From the NCBI GenBank assembly GCA_963796455.1, contig CAWCLO010000003.1, positions 307,574 through 371,573 on the forward strand: a stretch of 64,000 nucleotides of DNA, written 5' to 3'. Under the pieces are notes generated by a model, which worked only from the letters and a program-made list of their open reading frames with translations, was not told the origin of the DNA and searched no databases. Below are positions 1 through 9,531 of this stretch, piece after piece. Positions within the stretch are counted from its first letter, which is position 1. The number at the start of each line of letters is the position of its first letter. A program made the position numbers and the translations under genes. This stretch comes from Candidatus Sulfomarinibacteraceae bacterium. Lineage in GTDB: Bacteria; Acidobacteriota; Thermoanaerobaculia; Thermoanaerobaculales; Sulfomarinibacteraceae.

Positions 1-3000
1 TGCAACCGGTTTCGCCGAAGTTCCAATAGGCCCCGGAAACCTCGCCAGTCAGACCTTCAAGTCGGAATGTCACCGTTTCGCCGATCTCGGGATCCGGGGG
101 TGTCCAACTGAAACCGAGGGCCTTGGCGTTCTTCGACGATTTTTCCGACGTTTCAGTGAAGCTCACCAACTCACCGGTGTAGATCTCGTCGTTCGAGACG
201 ACGAAGGAAGCATCGGGAGCACCATCGGCAAAACAGCACTCACCCTTGTTCTGAACCACCGGGTGTTTGGTCTGGGTGCGGTCGTCGGCCAGAACCATGG
301 TCACCGATTTCTCGCCTGCGGTCTGGAAGGCCCATTCGATGGAATTACAGGCTCCCGGTGGGAGGAAGAGACAGTTGATCTGCGGGCTCGATCCTGCGCA
401 GTTCTCCTCGCCGAAATTCCACGATTCAACCACCAGGATCGGATCTACGGTGAAGGTCACGACCTCGCCGCGTTCGGGGAATGGATTCGACATCGTGAAG
501 TTGGCCGCGACGTATGGCGCCCCCTGATCGACCCGAAAACTCCGACCGCCGGCGACGACAAAACCGGTTCGCGCAGGACCGAAATTCTGCTGTATGGCAA
601 AGCGAACGGTGCCTGTTCCGGAGTCCGTACCGACCGGGTTGAGGATATTGATCCAGCTCGACGTTGAGGTCGCGCTCCACGAACAGCCATAACTCGTAAA
701 GACGGTGAAAGCAAACTCGGCAGCAGCAGGGCCGGGGGCGATGCCTCCGTCACCACTGTGGGTGTAGGTGCAGGTGGTTCCTCCACCACCGCCGCCGCCA
801 CCGGTGGTGCAGCTGCCGCTGGATGCGATCGTGATCGTGCGCTCCTCATCCGGTCGTGTGTCGGTATATCTCGTGCTGCCGATTTCGATCTCGAGCCCGA
901 CATCTTGTCTCCACTCGAGGAATATTTGAATAGCTAGGGCGTCGCAGTCGTGAACAGGCCTCGAGGTGCAGACCTGGGTGGAACTCTCGCCGTCACACCC
1001 GCTGCCACCCATGGTCCAGGTGGCCTTGTCGATCGGAACCCCCACTCCGTCGATGGCGAAGATGAGGTTCGTCGCCCCGCTCCAGCGTGCCGCCCGGGAA
1101 ATCGATGGTCGGCCGGATTTCGCCGTTGAGGAATCGAACATTCGGTTTCGGTGTACTCGCTGGTCTCGGATGCCGCCGCCGGTGACTTTCAGGGTGATGT
1201 CATAAGCGCCCCAGCCCAGCGCATCAGCTGGAATCACACAACGTTCTTCATCGAAACAAACATCACGTTCCATGGCGCAGGCACTGTTGTCACCAGGGGG
1301 CGCATTATCACAATCGGCGGTACGGTTTTTGGGGCCGTAGACCGTCCACTCGTAGAGATCGATCGACCCCTTCGAGTCGCCACCGTCGAGGGTGATGGCC
1401 GAGTTGTTCAGAAGATCGCCGGTCTGCGAATCCGAGCTGATGGTGAAGTCGGCCGCAACCGAGGAGACCGGATATTCCCGCGAGCTTTCGTACTCGTAGG
1501 TTGTGTCTCCATCGAGATCGCCCCAACGGTTGTCATAGGGAAAATCGCTGTCCTGGGAAACGCCGCTCGCGCCATGATCGTAGTTGACGGTCAGCGTGAA
1601 TTCCCAGTCGCCGGAAATATCGAGATCCACATCGATGACCGCACCGTATTCGGTCGTGGGCGGGCTCGACGGTGCGTCGATGGTCCAGACATAGGTGTCG
1701 GTGTCCGAAGGATTGGCTGCGGCGGTGGCTGAGAGGGTCACGGACTCTCCGACGACCGCGGTCTCCGGATCCACGGTAAATCCTGCCGTCGGCTCCCGGT
1801 CGATGCCGATCGGCTTCGAGGCATCCGGCACCGCGGGATCGAGACCACTGTTCGAGATCTCGATGTTGGCCGTGAAGACTTCCCCTATGGCAACATTCTT
1901 GGGCACGGTAAAGCTCATCTCGGATGGGTTGGACGGCACCGGCAGGGTCTCACCAGCCTCGAATACACTGTCGCGTTCGACCCACAGGGCCCAGGCATCA
2001 TAGGACCCTGAGGAGTGGTCGCGGATGGTGACTGCGTCGCCGGGAAAAACCGAGGCCGGGGTCACCGTCAGATCGGCGACGGCTTCGGTCGGGCCCATGC
2101 AGGCTGACAGATCGAAAACCTGGTGCATCGCGTAGCGACTCAAATACAGAGCCGAACCATCGGGTGCCAGGGCTCCGTCCATATCGAGGAGACAATCCTG
2201 ATATTCGTTGTGCGGCTCCGAGAGGTCGCCCCAGAAATCATTGTCAAAGGCTTGCGGCCCGGCCTCGGGATCGATCAGATAGGTGAGGGATGAATTGAGA
2301 AACGACGTCGCGGCCGTCCAGAGCACCAGCGGGCTCGAGCCGTTCTCTGAACCCAGGGCCACCATGCTGGCGTTGCCGGGGATGGACCATGAGGACTTGA
2401 GCTGCGGGTTACCCGGATCATTCGAAAGGTCCCAGAAACGGACTTCACCAACGTTCCGGTTGGCCGAGACCACCAGGTCGTGGGCCTCGTTGACGGCGAG
2501 GTTGTGGTTCTGGCCTTTCATGCCCGAGGGCGACGAAGTGTGTTCGAGACGGAGCCCAAGACCGGTTCCACTGGTCTTGAACACTGCCGCGTCGCCAAAG
2601 AGCCCGGTCCCGAGATAGAGATACGACGTCGAGCCCATTTCAACACTCGCGCCTCCGGAGACCGACACCGCCGATCCGCCGACCTCGATACACTGGAGCT
2701 CGACCAGGCTATTCACCCCATTGACGGCGAAAAGAGCGTGTTGGGAGCAGCTTTCGCTGATTCCACCGGCAATCAGATAGACCTGGTTGTCGTGGGAAAA
2801 GACCTTCGAACTGAGGGTCAGGCGATTGTTCCGGCTGTATTCGGTGAAATCGGGCTCGGAGCCCGTCCCAAAATCGAAGACGACCACCCCCGCGACTTTG
2901 TGGTCCATGACGCCGTAACGGCAGTTGTCGCAGACGTCTACGGAGACAACATCGTAGTCCGAATCGCCGGCAGTTCCGAAGTTGAATCTGGAGCCGTCGA

Positions 3001-3313
3001 TCTTATCCGGATTGGTGGCGTTGGTGCCGCCGATATCGTAGATTTCCAACTCGTTTCCGCGGCTCAGGAGCAGGTACACTCCGCCGTTCCAACTGAATGT
3101 TTCCGTGTTGAGGGCGCGATCGCGATTCGGGCTCGAAACACAGCGCAGATCATCCGCGTAATTCAGGTGCGTGATCAGTGTGTCGGTAAAATCCTGGCAG
3201 TAGGCACCCTGGGCTTCGGCCGTGGGCGCAACGGCAACCGCCGCAAGCATCAGCGCGGAGATTACAACGCACCGAATAAGAGTCGATTTCGTGAGAATCC
3301 ATGAGCACAACAT
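1..3313 (-). CDS. Large secreted PKD/BACON-domain surface protein with N-terminal LVIVD-like repeats (3' end runs off window)
   Basis: Hand translation from ATG 3313 (GGAGG RBS): signal peptide MLCSWILTKSTLIRCVVISALMLAAVAVAPTAEAQ; LEIYDIG/VVVFDFG repeats; Gly linker; BACON-like CSWSATSTSSWI..TGTVRFAIQQN..RTG; PKD-like WNFGE motifs. Absent from ORF track because no stop in window; frame checked only at several points. Confidence 0.8.
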   Translation of the reverse strand, partial: MLCSWILTKSTLIRCVVISALMLAAVAVAPTAEAQGAYCQDFTDTLITHLNYADDLRCVSSPNRDRALNTETFSWNGGVYLLLSRGNELEIYDIGGTNATNPDKIDGSRFNFGTAGDSDYDVVSVDVCDNCRYGVMDHKVAGVVVFDFGTGSEPDFTEYSRNNRLTLSSKVFSHDNQVYLIAGGISESCSQHALFAVNGVNSLVELQCIEVGGSAVSVSGGASVEMGSTSYLYLGTGLFGDAAVFKTSGTGLGLRLEHTSSPSGMKGQNHNLAVNEAHDLVVSANRNVGEVRFWDLSNDPGNPQLKSSWSIPGNASMVALGSENGSSPLVLWTAATSFLNSSLTYLIDPEAGPQAFDNDFWGDLSEPHNEYQDCLLDMDGALAPDGSALYLSRYAMHQVFDLSACMGPTEAVADLTVTPASVFPGDAVTIRDHSSGSYDAWALWVERDSVFEAGETLPVPSNPSEMSFTVPKNVAIGEVFTANIEISNSGLDPAVPDASKPIGIDREPTAGFTVDPETAVVGESVTLSATAAANPSDTDTYVWTIDAPSSPPTTEYGAVIDVDLDISGDWEFTLTVNYDHGASGVSQDSDFPYDNRWGDLDGDTTYEYESSREYPVSSVAADFTISSDSQTGDLLNNSAITLDGGDSKGSIDLYEWTVYGPKNRTADCDNAPPGDNSACAMERDVCFDEERCVIPADALGWGAYDITLKVTGGGIRDQRVHRNRMFDSSTAKSGRPSISRAARWSGATNLIFAIDGVGVPIDKATWTMGGSGCDGESSTQVCTSRPVHDCDALAIQIFLEWRQDVGLEIEIGSTRYTDTRPDEERTITIASSGSCTTGGGGGGGGTTCTYTHSGDGGIAPGPAAAEFAFTVFTSYGCSWSATSTSSWINILNPVGTDSGTGTVRFAIQQNFGPARTGFVVAGGRSFRVDQGAPYVAANFTMSNPFPERGEVVTFTVDPILVVESWNFGEENCAGSSPQINCLFLPPGACNSIEWAFQTAGEKSVTMVLADDRTQTKHPVVQNKGECCFADGAPDASFVVSNDEIYTGELVSFTETSEKSSKNAKALGFSWTPPDPEIGETVTFRLEGLTGEVSGAYWNFGETGC

Positions 3314-3330
3314 GCTCACCTCCGAGGACA

Positions 3331-3360
3331 AAATTACCGCACGAGCGGCCGGGCTGTCAA
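3331..3360 (-). promoter_or_regulatory. Putative sigma70 promoter of PKD protein gene
   Basis: TTGACA-18 nt-TAATTT on minus strand just upstream of RBS. Confidence 0.45.
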
Positions 3361-3558
3361 TCAGCGGGTTCATCATAGACCTTTTATCTTTGAATAATTT
3401 ACGGGGTTGGCGAGGGATGTGACCACGGTCACCGGAAAACGTTTCGGTCCATGCCGAGTTGCGGCATTCTAGGGTCTGGTTCACCATATGTCAATGCGTA
3501 GATATATGGTGGGCGAAAATCGCGAAACCGCATGAGATGGAGCCGGGCTCCCCTAGCC

Positions 3559-3621
3559 TTTTTTGAGGACGCAGCCGGTGGCTGCGCCCTCAAAAAAGAG
3601 GCGGCCCGAAGGCCGCCTCTT
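3559..3621 (-). terminator. Intrinsic terminator plus a second adjacent hairpin
   Basis: AAGAGGCGGCC-CGAA-GGCCGCCTCTT with T-run on minus strand; abutting TTTTTGAGGACGCAGCC-GGT-GGCTGCGCCCTCAAAAA. Confidence 0.8.
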
Positions 3622-3644
3622 CGCAACTGAAGTCAGACTTCAGA

Positions 3645-5189
3645 TTATTCGCTCGCGACGTACATCAGACCGAGGTCCGGAAGAACCTGAGTCTGGTCGC
3701 AGTTGTAGTTCGCCATGACGGCGCCGGTGAGGGCAGCGGTGTAGTCACCGAAGCCGGAGTACTTGGCACCGACCCAGGTCTGGTACCAGTCGTTGACGGC
3801 CACATCGGCGCCGTTCGAACCAGGCCACACGAAGAGGAGCCAACCGAAGAACTCGTCATCCGCATCTTCGCGGACGATGAAGAACTGGCTGATGTCGACT
3901 TCCTGGGTCTCCAGGGGGAGAAGGTTCGGAACCGGGCGGATGGGATCTTCGGTACCGGACCACGGGTCCTCGTCCGAAGAGACCGTGTTCACGTTCTCGT
4001 CCTCATCCCACGCGTAGTAGGTGTAGGGCACACACGCGGAGGCATAGAGGTTGGCGGGACCGGCGGAGGTGATGTTGCCCCAGTTAGGACCAGTGTCCGA
4101 GCTGGCGAGATCCATCACGGTGCGGTTCAGCGACGAGGCTTTGAACGCACGGATCCAGGTGTTGACACCGGCTTCTTCCTGAAGCTGGTAGCGAATGGCC
4201 CACGCGGACGGCAGCGGCTCACGAGCATCCGCACCGGCCGAGAAAGCCAGGGTGTAACGGAAGTAGAAGGTCGGAACCTGACCGGCAACCGGGTAACCGG
4301 CGGGGCCGACAGACTCGAGGTGAACTGCCTGGTCCGCCTCGGAGAAGCGGCTGGTGGCATTGAGCCAAATCGTGTCGCCGACGAGCACGTTGTCATCGAT
4401 GACGCCGTCGGTGTTGGCACGATCAAGGGCGAAGTAGGTGGAAGCCTGCGCATCGGGAAGGTCCTTGTTGCAGGCGGCAACGACGTCGGCGGTGACATAC
4501 ATCCACACCGGGCCGCTATCGCGCGAGATGAACCATGTATCGGCCGGGAAGACCTCGGTGTCGTCATCGCAATTGAGGTAGGACTTCGCAGCGGTCTGGC
4601 TGGCTTTGAGGTAACCCTCGAAGACGCTCAGGGTGCCCGGGGGGATCGCGTCAACATAGTTCTCCGGCGAGGAGATCCAGTCATCGGGATCGCAGTCGAG
4701 CGGGTTGGTCGACTCGGGGTCGTCCAGGTTGTTGATCACGAGGACCGGGTCGTGGAGCTCATTGTGGCTCGACCACGGGCCATCGTCGAACGGCGTGCCG
4801 CCGGCGTTGGAGGTGCCGGTACCATCCCACCAGATGTTCTCTTTGCGGCCGGTGTCGGCGTCCTCGGTCGGCAGCAGGCCGAGGGCGAGGATGTCGCGGA
4901 TGTTCATCCGCGTCACGTCGTAACCGGTCATGGTCAAGTTGAAATCGAGGATCGCGACCGAATAGTCCGTCCACACCGTGATGTGAACGATCTGCGCCTC
5001 CGAAGAGACGTTGGTGATAGCGATCTGGGTGGTGTCGCCATCGAAACCACCTTCATAGTCAAAAGCGACAAACGGGAACAGCAGCGTCGCTGCCGGCACC
5101 GCGTCAAACGAGCAGTAGTTGGCATTTGCCACACCGCTCACGCCAAGGACCGCAGCCCCCAGCAGCGCAATTGTAAGAAACCTCTTCAT
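3645..5189 (-). CDS. Secreted acidic protein, 'CSFDAVPAATLLFPF' family; candidate S-layer/major envelope protein
   Basis: Signal peptide MKRFLTIALLGAAVLGVSGVANA after AGGAG RBS; strongly C/G-ending codons; own promoter and terminator. Confidence 0.8.
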   Translation of the reverse strand: MKRFLTIALLGAAVLGVSGVANANYCSFDAVPAATLLFPFVAFDYEGGFDGDTTQIAITNVSSEAQIVHITVWTDYSVAILDFNLTMTGYDVTRMNIRDILALGLLPTEDADTGRKENIWWDGTGTSNAGGTPFDDGPWSSHNELHDPVLVINNLDDPESTNPLDCDPDDWISSPENYVDAIPPGTLSVFEGYLKASQTAAKSYLNCDDDTEVFPADTWFISRDSGPVWMYVTADVVAACNKDLPDAQASTYFALDRANTDGVIDDNVLVGDTIWLNATSRFSEADQAVHLESVGPAGYPVAGQVPTFYFRYTLAFSAGADAREPLPSAWAIRYQLQEEAGVNTWIRAFKASSLNRTVMDLASSDTGPNWGNITSAGPANLYASACVPYTYYAWDEDENVNTVSSDEDPWSGTEDPIRPVPNLLPLETQEVDISQFFIVREDADDEFFGWLLFVWPGSNGADVAVNDWYQTWVGAKYSGFGDYTAALTGAVMANYNCDQTQVLPDLGLMYVASE

Positions 5190-5352
5190 TCTCAGCTCCT
5201 TCCTTTTCCTCATTAATCGAAATCGAATCTCTGGTTTACGTCCGACCGTCGTGGCCGGTGTGCGGTTCTTCGTCTCTCCGATGTTCCGCATCACCTCCCG
5301 TAAATAATTTCAATCCACGAACTTAAATTTAGAATATGTCATCACAGCATAA

Positions 5353-5382
5353 AAGGTAGCACCTGATGCTCATCCATGTCAA
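5353..5382 (-). promoter_or_regulatory. Putative sigma70 promoter with extended -10
   Basis: TTGACA-18 nt-TACCTT, the -10 preceded by TGC. Confidence 0.55.
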
Positions 5383-5506
5383 CACCGGGATGCCCGAATC
5401 ACATCGTCGATGATCCCATCCTTGCCCCTACAAGTCAAGTTCAAGTACCTGTCCCGGAGTCGATTAAGCCTCGAAAAGGCTGCGGCCTCGGCCGGATCCC
5501 GCGCGA

Positions 5507-7150
5507 TCACTCTCCATCCAGTTTCCGCGTCAACCACACGCCGACGCCGCCCGGCTGGCCCGCCGCCGGCACCAATCCGGCGATGATGTCGTCGCGCCCG
5601 TCTCCGTCGAGGTCGCGCAACCGAATGTCATAAGCCGTCCCGGTCTTATCGAGGTTGTCCGCCACCTCTTTGACAAAGGAGCCGTCTTCGGTCTGCAAAT
5701 AGACCTCGATCCCGCCAGCCTTGCGGCCCGCCACCAAATCGACCCGGCCGTCGCCATCGAGATCACCCAGCCCGAGCCGGAAATACACTGCCGCACGCTC
5801 GGTGTCCCAGACCACGGGATTGCCGTTTCGCCAACCCTCCTTTCGGAAGGCAAAGGGGTAGGCGATGATGCCGTTGCGAATCTCGGTTTCGTTTTGCTGG
5901 ATCTTGAACTGGGCGAAGGTCGAGAAGATCTCACCGCCGAGGGCCTCGACGTTGTAGTGGTAAGCGCCGCTGAGGACACCGTTGAATCCGGCGGCCTGCC
6001 ATCCTTCGTCACCCTTGTTGAGATAGACGAGCCGGCGTTCTCCGACAGTGTTCGACGAGACCACCAGATCGATCAGGTCGTCGCCGTCGATGTCGACCGA
6101 GCGGATGACATCCGCGATCAGGTTTTGGGGCAGGCCCTTGGTCACCACCGTCCACGAATCGGCGCCCTTCTCGAGGACCCACACGGTGGTCGTCTTTTCG
6201 AGACGTTCGCTGGTCTTGAGGTCGTAGTCGATTTCGGCGATGAAGGCGAGATCGGTGTCACCGTCGTTATCGAAGTCGGCGGCCGTGACCGCCCGCGAAG
6301 TGATCCGGGGATCGGGTGTAGGCAGTCGCTCGACCCGTTCGAAGCGACCGGCTCCGTCTCCGTAAAGCGCGAACTGACCACCAAAGTGGACCGCCAGCAC
6401 GATGTCCTGATGACCGTCACCATCGAGATCCGCGACATCGAGTCCACCATAGTCCAGGGGCAGCGTGCTCGGCCATCCGAAATCCGACCAGTTCTTGAAG
6501 GTCCCGTCGCCCTTGCCGAGGAGGATCGACATCAGAGGCGGGTAATCCTTGCGTCGCGGCGGGAAGATCAGATCGACGTGGCCGTCCTCGTTCATGTCGG
6601 CCATCGCGAAACCCATTTGCCAGCGGCCGCCTTCCGGGAGGGAGTCGTCCGCAAACTCGAAGCGGAGACTTTTCTGGAACGGCGCCGGTACGACCTCGGC
6701 CTCGTAGTCGAGAAAGTAGAGGGCACCCGGTGTATTGGACGCCGCCTTCTGGTCCATCAACCGGGCTTCGCCAACCTGCTTGTGCGACCAGACGATATAC
6801 AGAGGTGAGTTCGGGTCCTCCGGCGGGATGCCGCGCAGCCACACGTATTGATCATCTTCGCGGACGATCTCCATCTTGATGCTGGCGACGATATGCGGAT
6901 AGGCATATTTCTCGTCGATCTTGACGACATACTTCTTCTCGAAAGGCTTCGGCGTCAGCCAATCCTCGACAAACTGGGACCAGGATTGCTCGGGTTTGTT
7001 CTTCCAGTAGTCCATCATCTGCTGTTTTCGTTCTTCCGTCATCCTTCCACTTTGGGATGGATCGGAAATGGGCGGAACGGATTGCGTCCAGGCCGCCGTC
7101 GCCGTCAGGGCGAAAACGGTCATGAGCATGGTTATTCTCTTCAAGGTCAT
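5507..7150 (-). CDS. Secreted FG-GAP/VCBS repeat protein
   Basis: Repeated DxDGDGxxDL motifs; signal peptide MTLKRITMLMTVFALTATAAWTQ; GGAGG upstream of ATG 7150. Confidence 0.9.
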   Translation of the reverse strand: MTLKRITMLMTVFALTATAAWTQSVPPISDPSQSGRMTEERKQQMMDYWKNKPEQSWSQFVEDWLTPKPFEKKYVVKIDEKYAYPHIVASIKMEIVREDDQYVWLRGIPPEDPNSPLYIVWSHKQVGEARLMDQKAASNTPGALYFLDYEAEVVPAPFQKSLRFEFADDSLPEGGRWQMGFAMADMNEDGHVDLIFPPRRKDYPPLMSILLGKGDGTFKNWSDFGWPSTLPLDYGGLDVADLDGDGHQDIVLAVHFGGQFALYGDGAGRFERVERLPTPDPRITSRAVTAADFDNDGDTDLAFIAEIDYDLKTSERLEKTTTVWVLEKGADSWTVVTKGLPQNLIADVIRSVDIDGDDLIDLVVSSNTVGERRLVYLNKGDEGWQAAGFNGVLSGAYHYNVEALGGEIFSTFAQFKIQQNETEIRNGIIAYPFAFRKEGWRNGNPVVWDTERAAVYFRLGLGDLDGDGRVDLVAGRKAGGIEVYLQTEDGSFVKEVADNLDKTGTAYDIRLRDLDGDGRDDIIAGLVPAAGQPGGVGVWLTRKLDGE

Positions 7151-7188
7151 CAGAGGCCTCCAAAAATTTTCAGCACCAGATCGCCACA

Positions 7189-8025
7189 TCACACCAGATC
7201 GGCGATCGACGAGCGCCAGCGCTCGAGCGCCGCCGCACCGATCACCAGGAGCAACAGCCCCCCCACGGCCAGATACGCTATGGCCGCGATCGACGGCGGC
7301 GCAGCGCCCAAAAGGCCGGTGCGCATCACACCGACCAGGGGAGTGAGCGGATTGAGTTGAATCACGGTGCGCACCAGATCCGATGGCACCAGCGCGAGAG
7401 GATACACGATCGGCGCCGCGTAGAAAACCACTTGCAGCACCAGACCCATCACCTCGGCGAGATCCGGGAGCAGGGCCCCCACCAGACTGACGGTCAGAGC
7501 AATGCCGACGATCCACAGAATCAGCAACAAGAGCCCCAGCGCCACCCACGGAACACCCGCCAATGTAAGGTGGCCGCGCCAGATGCAAAACACAACCACC
7601 AAAACAAATGAAATTGCATGGTGGAGCAGAACGCCAAAGGTGTCGCCCAGTACCAGCACTTCCACCGGCATCTTGACCCGCTGGACGAGATTGGCATGAG
7701 CGCGAAAAACCCGCGCCGACCGCAACGTTGCATCGTTGACGGCCAGATAGGGCACCAGGCCCGTGATTAAAAACACACCGAATCCCACGGGAGGCAACCG
7801 AGCAAGATCGATGCCAAGACCTTCGACCTTGATTTGGAGAATGGCGGAAAAGACGACCATGTAGAGCACGAACTGGACTGCGGTGCTCAACGGGGTCCAC
7901 AACCAGCCGAGATAGGAGCCCGCATAACGGGAAGCAAAGGCCCGCCACGCGAGCTGGCCGAGCAGGAAGCGATGCTGCGCCAAGGTGCGCGGTAGCCGCA
8001 GAAACGCAAAAACGTGTGTGTTCAT
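7189..8025 (-). CDS. ABC-2 type polysaccharide export permease (Wzm/TagG-like)
   Basis: RYAGSYLGWLW..PL, FYAAPIVYP, LNPLTPLV motifs; multiple TM helices. Confidence 0.9.
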   Translation of the reverse strand: MNTHVFAFLRLPRTLAQHRFLLGQLAWRAFASRYAGSYLGWLWTPLSTAVQFVLYMVVFSAILQIKVEGLGIDLARLPPVGFGVFLITGLVPYLAVNDATLRSARVFRAHANLVQRVKMPVEVLVLGDTFGVLLHHAISFVLVVVFCIWRGHLTLAGVPWVALGLLLLILWIVGIALTVSLVGALLPDLAEVMGLVLQVVFYAAPIVYPLALVPSDLVRTVIQLNPLTPLVGVMRTGLLGAAPPSIAAIAYLAVGGLLLLVIGAAALERWRSSIADLV

Positions 8026-8195
8026 GGTGAATTAGCGTCCACGTGAATACCTGACCCGAAGAATGTTGTGCTGAGGATCACAGGTGCTGCCCATAACGCA
8101 TCTATTTCCTTGACGGTCTTGCTGCAGCACCATATTATAAGTAACGTCTGGCCGTACTGTGTCCGCCCGTCGCGGCGAAGAGTACTACAGGCAGA

Positions 8196-8630
8196 ATGCG
8201 AAGGGCAATCAGCGTGGCAAAGAAAGCGCAACTCACGTCACCGCAGGTGGCCGCCATCGGCAGCCGCATGCGAGAGTTGCGCAAGGAGCGCGGCCTGACT
8301 CAGGCCGAGCTGGCGCGCCAGATTGGCATCCAACAGTCCGACCTGTCGCGAATGGAGAAGGGTGAATACCGGGTCTCGCTGGACAATCTCTTCAGGATCC
8401 TCGGGGTATTCAACCTCGATCTTGCGGATTTCTTCGGCGACAAACCGAGTGCTACCGAGTCGCTGCAGCAACCTCTCAGCCAGCAGGATATGCAGACCCT
8501 GCACATGCTGCGGGAGCTCAGCCCGGCCGGCCGGGCCGAAGTCCAGGAGTTCCTGGAATTCAAACTGCGCCGGGAACGGCAGGAACGACGCACGATCCCG
8601 GCCCGACGCTCCGGAGACCAAAGCTCATGA
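8196..8630 (+). CDS. XRE-family HTH transcriptional regulator (start may be GTG 8214)
   Basis: LRKERGLTQAELARQIGIQQSDLSRMEKG. Confidence 0.9.
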   Translation: MRRAISVAKKAQLTSPQVAAIGSRMRELRKERGLTQAELARQIGIQQSDLSRMEKGEYRVSLDNLFRILGVFNLDLADFFGDKPSATESLQQPLSQQDMQTLHMLRELSPAGRAEVQEFLEFKLRRERQERRTIPARRSGDQSS

Positions 8631-9529
8631 GTGCGCACTACGACGATCTGCTGACGCGCGCGGAGCAGGCCCTCGGGCGTGACGAATTTGAAGAATCCGC
8701 GAAGCTTTTCGCCGAGGCCGAGTCCGAGGCCCGAGCGACCGGCGATTTCGACGGCGCGGACCGCGCGTTCTGCAACCGCTGTTCGGTGCTGGTCGAGCTC
8801 GATCAGGGCGCCGATCAGATTCCCAAGCTGAAGGAAATCCTCCTTCGCTCATCCGATACCCGTAATCGCTTCCTCGCCGCCTATTGCACAGGGGTCGCGT
8901 ACTACGTCTCAGAAGAATTCGACCGTGCTCAAAACTATGCTCGCCGCGCCACTTCCCTGGCGCGCGATCTCGAAGACGCCGGCCTCGAGCACAAAAGCCT
9001 CAACCTGGTGGGCACACTCGCCGCCCGCGCTTCAGTTTTTGATGAGGCCGAAGACGCCTTCAGGCGATGCCTCGAGGCCTACCGGGGGGCAGAAGGCTAT
9101 CAGCGGGTCATGGCAGCGCAGGTCGAGGACAACCTCGGCTACGTGATGCTCTGCACCGATCGCCTCGAAGAGGGCATCTCCCACTGCGAGCATGCTCGAG
9201 AGGTGATGGACCAGATCGGCGCCGATCACTTTGTTTACGAAACACTACAAGATCTTTGTTATGGATACGTCCTTGTCGACGAGCTCGATAGAGCCCAGGA
9301 GCACGGCGCGAGGGCGCTCGAGCTCGCGGTCGAGTTCTCCGACGAGCAGATCGCCAAGAACTGTTTGTTCCTGTTGAGTGAAATCGCGGTGCGACGCGGC
9401 GACACATTCGGTGCCCGCCGATACCTGCACGAGCTCACCGCGTACTACCCGGAGGCCGGAGTTTCCGAGGAGATCATCGATGTCTTCCTCGCAACCGATC
9501 TGACCTCCGTGGTGAATTTGAGGGGGTAG
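8627..9529 (+). CDS. Tetratricopeptide-repeat protein
   Basis: Helical repeats (NLGYVMLC..EEGISHCEHA; DLCYGY..AQEHGARAL); ATGA overlap with XRE gene. Confidence 0.8.
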   Translation: MSAHYDDLLTRAEQALGRDEFEESAKLFAEAESEARATGDFDGADRAFCNRCSVLVELDQGADQIPKLKEILLRSSDTRNRFLAAYCTGVAYYVSEEFDRAQNYARRATSLARDLEDAGLEHKSLNLVGTLAARASVFDEAEDAFRRCLEAYRGAEGYQRVMAAQVEDNLGYVMLCTDRLEEGISHCEHAREVMDQIGADHFVYETLQDLCYGYVLVDELDRAQEHGARALELAVEFSDEQIAKNCLFLLSEIAVRRGDTFGARRYLHELTAYYPEAGVSEEIIDVFLATDLTSVVNLRG

Positions 9530-9531
9530 CG

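Noticed and set aside
263..3304. Plus-strand ORFs over the first 3.3 kb
   Set aside because: Antisense to the PKD/BACON gene
7151..7948. N-terminal 266 aa of the 813-aa ORF
   Set aside because: Alternative frame of the ABC permease gene; the signal peptide starts at 7150
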